Origin: Armatimonadia bacterium
Lineage (GTDB): Bacteria; Armatimonadota; Zipacnadia; Zipacnadales; UBA11051
Direction: 5' to 3'
Assembly: GCA_039683575.1 (NCBI GenBank)
Contig: JBDKRC010000114.1
Location: 1 to 19,214, forward strand
DNA: 19,214 nt
The position numbers and the translations under genes are program-made. The notes beneath the pieces are model-generated. The model did not search any database. It saw nothing but the letters and a program-made list of their open reading frames with translations, and was not told where the DNA came from. This document shows, piece by piece, positions 14,587 to 19,214 of this stretch; position 1 is the first letter of the stretch, and every line of letters begins with the position of its first letter.

Positions 14587-15729
14587 ATGTCGCAGCAGGA
14601 GCCGCAGGCCACGCTACCTGCACCCTACTCCGTTCCCATGTCGTATCGCAACTGGCTAGCGCACGAAGCGAACGAGCCGATTCGCGGGCGGGTCGAAGTA
14701 AGAGTCATCGGCGATAGTCACATCACAGGGGAGATAATTGAGGGGCTAGGGCCATATCAGGTACTCAATGGGCTATCCCTGCCTCCAGGTCGCCCCGGAA
14801 GCTGTGTGCTGGTCATTCGCTCCACCTACTGTGGGGAGTACCAAACGGATCTGAGCACCACACAAAGCTCAGCCTACCACGGGAGTAGCTTGGAGGATGA
14901 GGTTGCGGCGCTGCTGAGTTTGGAGTTGGGGATCCGCTTGAAGGCCGGGGCAGAGATGCGCCACTGGTTCCGCGACTGGGATGGGCCCGGCCAGCCGACT
15001 GAGTTGGGGGCAGATCCTCCGCTGTCCCAAGGATACATGGGGCGTGCGGTGTTGCCCTTCCCCAAGCGAGTGAATGGGGTTCCCCTTGCGGGTGTCCACA
15101 GGTTACAGGGCCTAGTCCGCATCGAGCCCAGAGGCGCAACAGCGTTGGTTCGGTCCGCTCGCTCATTCCAGGATGCCGTCTGGATAGCGGATAGTCAGCC
15201 GGAGCTGGCTTGGCTTCTCCTGATTTCCGCTGTCGAGACTGCCGCATCTTTCGCCGTCACGGACGAGGGCGACCCAGTGCAGTACCTAACTGACGGCTAT
15301 GGCCCCTTCATGGAAAAGCTGTCAGCCATCGCTTCAGCAGAGGCTGTGAACTTGGTGGCAGAGCATCTTGCTCCAATCTCGCGAGCTGCGTACCGCTTCA
15401 GGACTTTCCTCCTGGACCGGCTACCGCCCCCGCCCACCCCTCGACCGCAGTTTCGCCAAGTTCAGTGGGAAGCCGGACATCTGCAGAGATGTCTCAGAAC
15501 CATATACACCCACAGATCAAACATGCTTCACAAGGCCCAGGCATTTCCCATGCCCATGTGCATAGCGCCATCCGTGACAGATACCGCGCCTTGGGAGTGT
15601 CCAGGAACCAGTGGCGGGCAGGGCGGTGCTTGGCTTGATGAGGACTTGCCCATGCACTTACACGTGTTCGTGTACTGGGTCCGTGCCGCGCTCCTCGCGT
15701 GGTGGGATGAGCTTCTCACCACCTCCTGA
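14587..15729 (+). CDS. Hypothetical protein with C-terminal HEPN-like domain (RxxxxH), candidate RNase
   Basis: 380-aa ORF fills the gap between neighbours. Helix AWLLLISAVE is followed by helix-embedded IYTH-RSNMLH (R310/H315, nt 15514-15531). Exact start uncertain, no clear RBS. Confidence 0.65.
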   Translation: MSQQEPQATLPAPYSVPMSYRNWLAHEANEPIRGRVEVRVIGDSHITGEIIEGLGPYQVLNGLSLPPGRPGSCVLVIRSTYCGEYQTDLSTTQSSAYHGSSLEDEVAALLSLELGIRLKAGAEMRHWFRDWDGPGQPTELGADPPLSQGYMGRAVLPFPKRVNGVPLAGVHRLQGLVRIEPRGATALVRSARSFQDAVWIADSQPELAWLLLISAVETAASFAVTDEGDPVQYLTDGYGPFMEKLSAIASAEAVNLVAEHLAPISRAAYRFRTFLLDRLPPPPTPRPQFRQVQWEAGHLQRCLRTIYTHRSNMLHKAQAFPMPMCIAPSVTDTAPWECPGTSGGQGGAWLDEDLPMHLHVFVYWVRAALLAWWDELLTTS

Positions 15730-15752
15730 TTCGCGGTGTGGGCACCTCCGAG

Positions 15753-15777
15753 AGGAATTGGGATGCGGAAGGGGAAC
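15753..15777 (+). promoter_or_regulatory. Putative sigma-H-like promoter upstream of the DUF1080 gene
   Basis: AGGA(15753-15756, followed by ATT)-N17-GAAC(15774-15777). Confidence 0.4.
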
Positions 15778-15838
15778 TACCCGCGACAGACTACGCAGCA
15801 ACGCGCCTTTCGGGCGCTAGTGAAACGGAGACACGATT

Positions 15839-16570
15839 ATGGGAAATCTTGGCTATGACGATACCCCCTTCCTGCCTGGTGGCAAGTGGCGCGTACATGA
15901 CGGCAACCGCCCGCAGCCGCGTGTGGTCACCCCCGGTGATGGTTGCTGCAGCGCCCCCTCGGACGCCGTGGTACTGTTTGACGGCACGAGCCTTGACAAC
16001 TGGGTCTCGAAGAAGACAGGCGAGGCAGCGGAGTGGAAGGTCGAGAACGGCTACATGGAAGTCGTGCCCGGCACCGGCTACATCCAGAGCAAGGCCAAGT
16101 TCGGTAGCTGCCAGCTTCACCTCGAGTTTGCCGAACCAACCGTGATCAAGGGCGAGGGCCAGGGCCGCGGCAACAGCGGCGTCTTCCTGATGGGCCTCTA
16201 CGAGATCCAGGTATTGGACAACTACGAGAATCCGACCTACCCCGACGGGACCGTGGGCGGCATCTATGGCGAGTACCCGCCGCTGGTCAACTCGATCCGC
16301 AAGCCCGGCGAGTGGAATTGCTATGACATCGTCTGGGAAGCCCCCGAGTTCAACGGCCCGCAGCTCATTAAGCCGGCCTACCTGACCGTGTTCCTGAACA
16401 ACATCGTGCTGCACAACCGCAAGGAACTCCTGGGGACGACCAGCCACCGCGTGCTGACCACGTACGTGCCGCATGAGCCGGAGCTTCCGCTGGAGCTTCA
16501 GGACCACAGCGACCTGGTGCGGTTCCGCAACATCTGGTACCGGTCGCTGACCGGGTACGACGAGGGGTAG
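15839..16570 (+). CDS. DUF1080 family protein (3-keto-disaccharide hydrolase/hydratase-like)
   Basis: APSDAVVLFDG, WKVENG, QLHLEF, RGNSGVFL, YEIQVLD, GEWNCYDI and LQDHSDLVRFRNIW motifs; GGAG RBS; no signal peptide. Confidence 0.9.
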   Translation: MGNLGYDDTPFLPGGKWRVHDGNRPQPRVVTPGDGCCSAPSDAVVLFDGTSLDNWVSKKTGEAAEWKVENGYMEVVPGTGYIQSKAKFGSCQLHLEFAEPTVIKGEGQGRGNSGVFLMGLYEIQVLDNYENPTYPDGTVGGIYGEYPPLVNSIRKPGEWNCYDIVWEAPEFNGPQLIKPAYLTVFLNNIVLHNRKELLGTTSHRVLTTYVPHEPELPLELQDHSDLVRFRNIWYRSLTGYDEG

Positions 16571-16591
16571 CTGAACTCTGTGTGAACCTGC

Positions 16592-16620
16592 AAGGGGCGT
16601 CAGTGATCTGGCGCCCCTTT
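16592..16620 (+). terminator. Hairpin, possible intrinsic terminator or attenuator after DUF1080
   Basis: AAGGGGCGTCAG-TGAT-CTGGCGCCCCTT, 12 bp including one G-U pair, ending in TTT. Confidence 0.5.
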
Positions 16621-16639
16621 GCGTAAGCAGGAGCGACCG

Positions 16640-17698
16640 ATGACCTCACAAGAGCGCGTGATGAAAGCCCTGAACTTCGAGCTTCCCGACCGGGTGCCCA
16701 TGCTCGATGGCTTCTGGCCCGAGTGGGTACAGATGTGGCGGCAGCAGAAGGGGCTGCCGGTGGACGCCTCGGCTGAAGACGCGTATCAGGTAGACACCTA
16801 CATCGCCGTCGGGGATGAGACCCCATACCCGACACGGGCCGAGGAACTGGGGCGCGAGGGGGACTTCATCTATAGCCGCGATGGGTGGGGCCAGACCAAG
16901 CGCACGCGGCAGTCGGTGGCTTACTTCTACGAGCAGTTGTCTTTCGCGTACGATGACAAGGCGAACCTTGTCTACGGCGACTTCGATCCGGTGGATCTGC
17001 CCGAGCGCTATGCAGGCTACGATGCGAAGATGGAGGCGCTCAAGCAGCGTTACTGCGTCTTCGCCAAGACCGGTGGCCCCTTCATCCGTACCTATTTCAT
17101 GCGCGGTGAAGTGCCGTTCCTGATGGACATGGCGGCTGATCCGAAGCTGGCGAGCGAGCTTGTCATGCGGACGGCGCACCATCTGGCGGCGATTGGCGTC
17201 GAGGAGATTACTCGCTGGGGCCTGCAGGATACCGGTATCTGGATTTTCGACGATATGGCCTCGGCGCAGAACCCCATGTTCTCTCCCAAGGCGGCGGAAG
17301 CCATCCTCGCGCCGGCATGGAGCTACATGGTGGATGAGTACCGCAAGGCTGGCGCGAGCAAGGTTATCCTGCATAGTGACGGCAACATCCTGCCGGTGCT
17401 GGATATACTGATCGACTGCGGCTTCGACGGCATCAACCCGGTGGAGTACCGTGCGGGGCTGGATGCGGTGAAACTGCGTGCGAAGTACCCGAAGCTGGCG
17501 CTACTCGGCGGGCTGGACAATATCCACATACTGCGCCACGGCACAGAGGACGAGATCCGCGAGCACACCAGGTACATTCTCAGCATCGCCAACCAGGGCG
17601 GGCTCGCGCTGGGGACGCACTCGATAGGCCCGGACATCAGCGTGCGGAACTGGGATGTGGCGTATGAGACTTGGCTGGAGTATGGGAAGTACCACTGA
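16640..17698 (+). CDS. Uroporphyrinogen decarboxylase / MtaA-CmuA methyltransferase superfamily protein
   Basis: MTSQERVMKAL...PDRVP, MRG..FLMDM..DP, IFDDMA, ILHSDGN, GFDGINPVE, LLGGLD and GGLALGTHSI motifs; AGGAG RBS before ATG 16640. Resembles the uncharacterised UROD-like paralogues rather than HemE. Confidence 0.88.
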   Translation: MTSQERVMKALNFELPDRVPMLDGFWPEWVQMWRQQKGLPVDASAEDAYQVDTYIAVGDETPYPTRAEELGREGDFIYSRDGWGQTKRTRQSVAYFYEQLSFAYDDKANLVYGDFDPVDLPERYAGYDAKMEALKQRYCVFAKTGGPFIRTYFMRGEVPFLMDMAADPKLASELVMRTAHHLAAIGVEEITRWGLQDTGIWIFDDMASAQNPMFSPKAAEAILAPAWSYMVDEYRKAGASKVILHSDGNILPVLDILIDCGFDGINPVEYRAGLDAVKLRAKYPKLALLGGLDNIHILRHGTEDEIREHTRYILSIANQGGLALGTHSIGPDISVRNWDVAYETWLEYGKYH

Positions 17699-17708
17699 GG
17701 AGCAGCGA

Positions 17709-19214
17709 ATGTCACGCCAAAGTCTGCAGGAACACTTCCTGGGGCAGATCACGGCTCAGGTGGAGCCGACGCCGATGCCCTCGCCGGCGACTCCTGACCT
17801 GCCCGGCATGGCCGGCAAGGCGCTCAACTACCTGCGCGGCAATCCCGATCCCGCCCGCGACTATGAGTGCAAGTTCGAGCTTGGCCCCCTCGGCATTCCA
17901 GTTCACTATCCGCATTCGGTGCCGCCGAACCAATATGCCTACGATCCTATCTCTCTGGCCGACACCGACTGCCGGATGGACTGGCAGTACCCGCACATGC
18001 GGGAGATGGTGGGGGAGAGGGAGGCGTGCGACGTAGAAGTCGGCGTTCGCACGCGCATCATGAGCTACATGAGGCCTGATCACCTGGCATGGGTCAACCC
18101 GGCCGCATGGACCGGGTCGCCCATCGAGGGGCTGTGGATCAGCAAGTGGGCCAGCGCCAACATCATGATCTCGCTCACGGACACCTATGCCCGCACTGGC
18201 GAGGCGGAGGCCCGAGGGGAAGCGCAGGCGACGTTCCGGGCGCTCAAGGCGCTGGCCGAATGGCAGGATGGAAAGGCCTTCTACCCTGGCGGGCCGGTGC
18301 CGGTGAAGGACGGCGAGTACCTGACTGAGGGCTGGGCGGCGGCGCACTGCAAGAACTACCCCTTCATCGTCGAGCCCTGTGTCCACTATGGTGTCACCTG
18401 CGATGATCCGGAGGCGCTGGACTTTGCCGCGGCGGTGATGGAGGGCTTCCTCGCGAAGTTGCAGGTACCAGATCAGGGCGATACGGCCTTTGATCCCGAG
18501 ACGGGGGCCTTTGCGGGCCACACGCATCTGCACACCCGGACGCTATGGGGAGCGGCGCATCTGGGTGCGGTACTCAACGAGCCACGATATCTGGATTGGG
18601 CTGAGCGCGGCTATGAGTTCGTGCGGGCCCATGGCATGGACGTGGGCTGGTACCCGGAGCACATCCCGCAGGGCCGGCACCGCGCGGAGACCTGCATCAC
18701 CGGCGACATGGCCGCCACGGCCCTGTGGCTCGCCCGTCGGCATCCGCACTATTTCGACCATCTCGAGCGCATTGTGCGCAACTACCTGCGGGCCACGCAG
18801 TTCTACCTCACGCCGGAGTTCCTGGCGCTGTTTGAGAAGCTCCACGCAGACAAACCGCGAGCGGTGGTGGAGCAGGCGCTGGCGGAGTTGCGCAAGCTGG
18901 AGGGCGGATTTGTTGCCGCGCCGGCTCCCGATGACTGGGTCGAGGCCGACCAGAGCCTGGGCGCCACGGGGCGCACTGCCTGCGGCCTGGACATGATGGG
19001 GTGCTGCCCGCCGGAAGGCATGCGGGCGCTTTGGGACGCCTGGAGCAATACCGTGCAGGAGCGCGACGGCTCGATCTGGATCAACATGAGCCTCGACCGC
19101 GTCCATCCGGTCGCAGACGTCTGTGTGGGGCCGGTTGAGGGACTCGCGGCAGTCTCCATGAGGATTAGGGCCCGGCGCGCCGGCAGGTATCTGCTTCGGC
19201 CCCCGGCCTGGGCG
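17709..19214 (+). CDS. GH127-like (beta-L-arabinofuranosidase family) protein, 3' end truncated by the window edge
   Basis: Not in the ORF track because it runs off the edge. Manual translation from ATG 17709 (GAGGAG RBS): MSRQSLQEHF...FAGHTHLH...AETCITGDM...YFDHLERIVRNYL...MMGCCPPEGMRAL...GSIWINMSL. The ETC and CC motifs match the GH127/GH146 Zn-Cys active site. Confidence 0.75.
   Translation, partial: MSRQSLQEHFLGQITAQVEPTPMPSPATPDLPGMAGKALNYLRGNPDPARDYECKFELGPLGIPVHYPHSVPPNQYAYDPISLADTDCRMDWQYPHMREMVGEREACDVEVGVRTRIMSYMRPDHLAWVNPAAWTGSPIEGLWISKWASANIMISLTDTYARTGEAEARGEAQATFRALKALAEWQDGKAFYPGGPVPVKDGEYLTEGWAAAHCKNYPFIVEPCVHYGVTCDDPEALDFAAAVMEGFLAKLQVPDQGDTAFDPETGAFAGHTHLHTRTLWGAAHLGAVLNEPRYLDWAERGYEFVRAHGMDVGWYPEHIPQGRHRAETCITGDMAATALWLARRHPHYFDHLERIVRNYLRATQFYLTPEFLALFEKLHADKPRAVVEQALAELRKLEGGFVAAPAPDDWVEADQSLGATGRTACGLDMMGCCPPEGMRALWDAWSNTVQERDGSIWINMSLDRVHPVADVCVGPVEGLAAVSMRIRARRAGRYLLRPPAWA

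Noticed and set aside
12509..17698. Gene symbols sdhA/nadB for the flavoprotein and hemE for the UROD-like protein
   Set aside because: Catalytic signatures and partner genes are missing; only superfamily membership is supported.
17712..19159. Several ORF-track ORFs at the right end
   Set aside because: Explained by one plus-strand GH127-like CDS starting at 17709 and running off the window.

Overview
GC-rich, gene-dense bacterial chromosomal window with 17 credible CDSs, two of them truncated at the window edges. The gene mix suggests a polysaccharide-degrading lineage such as Armatimonadota; this is inference only. In order: class III aminotransferase and DhnA/LsrF-type aldolase (-); M48 peptidase/TPR lipoprotein (+); a queD / His-tailed EamA transporter / queC cluster (-); DUF4432 epimerase-like protein, secreted beta-helix protein and sulfatase (+); a run of SdhA/NadB-like flavoprotein, HEAT-like protein, macro domain protein and collagen-like membrane protein (-); a stand-alone candidate HEPN (RxxxxH) protein with atypical codon use (+); then DUF1080, a UROD/MtaA-family protein and a GH127-like protein (+). 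I found no rRNA, tRNA, CRISPR array or transposase. Non-coding signals are a family of G(T/G)AG-GGCCG REP-like palindromes in four intergenic gaps, one forming an 83-nt Y-shaped structure that supplies the queC stop, and a recurring AGGN-N17/18-GAA motif resembling sigma-H promoters upstream of five genes. All calls come from reading motifs by eye; no database searches were run.
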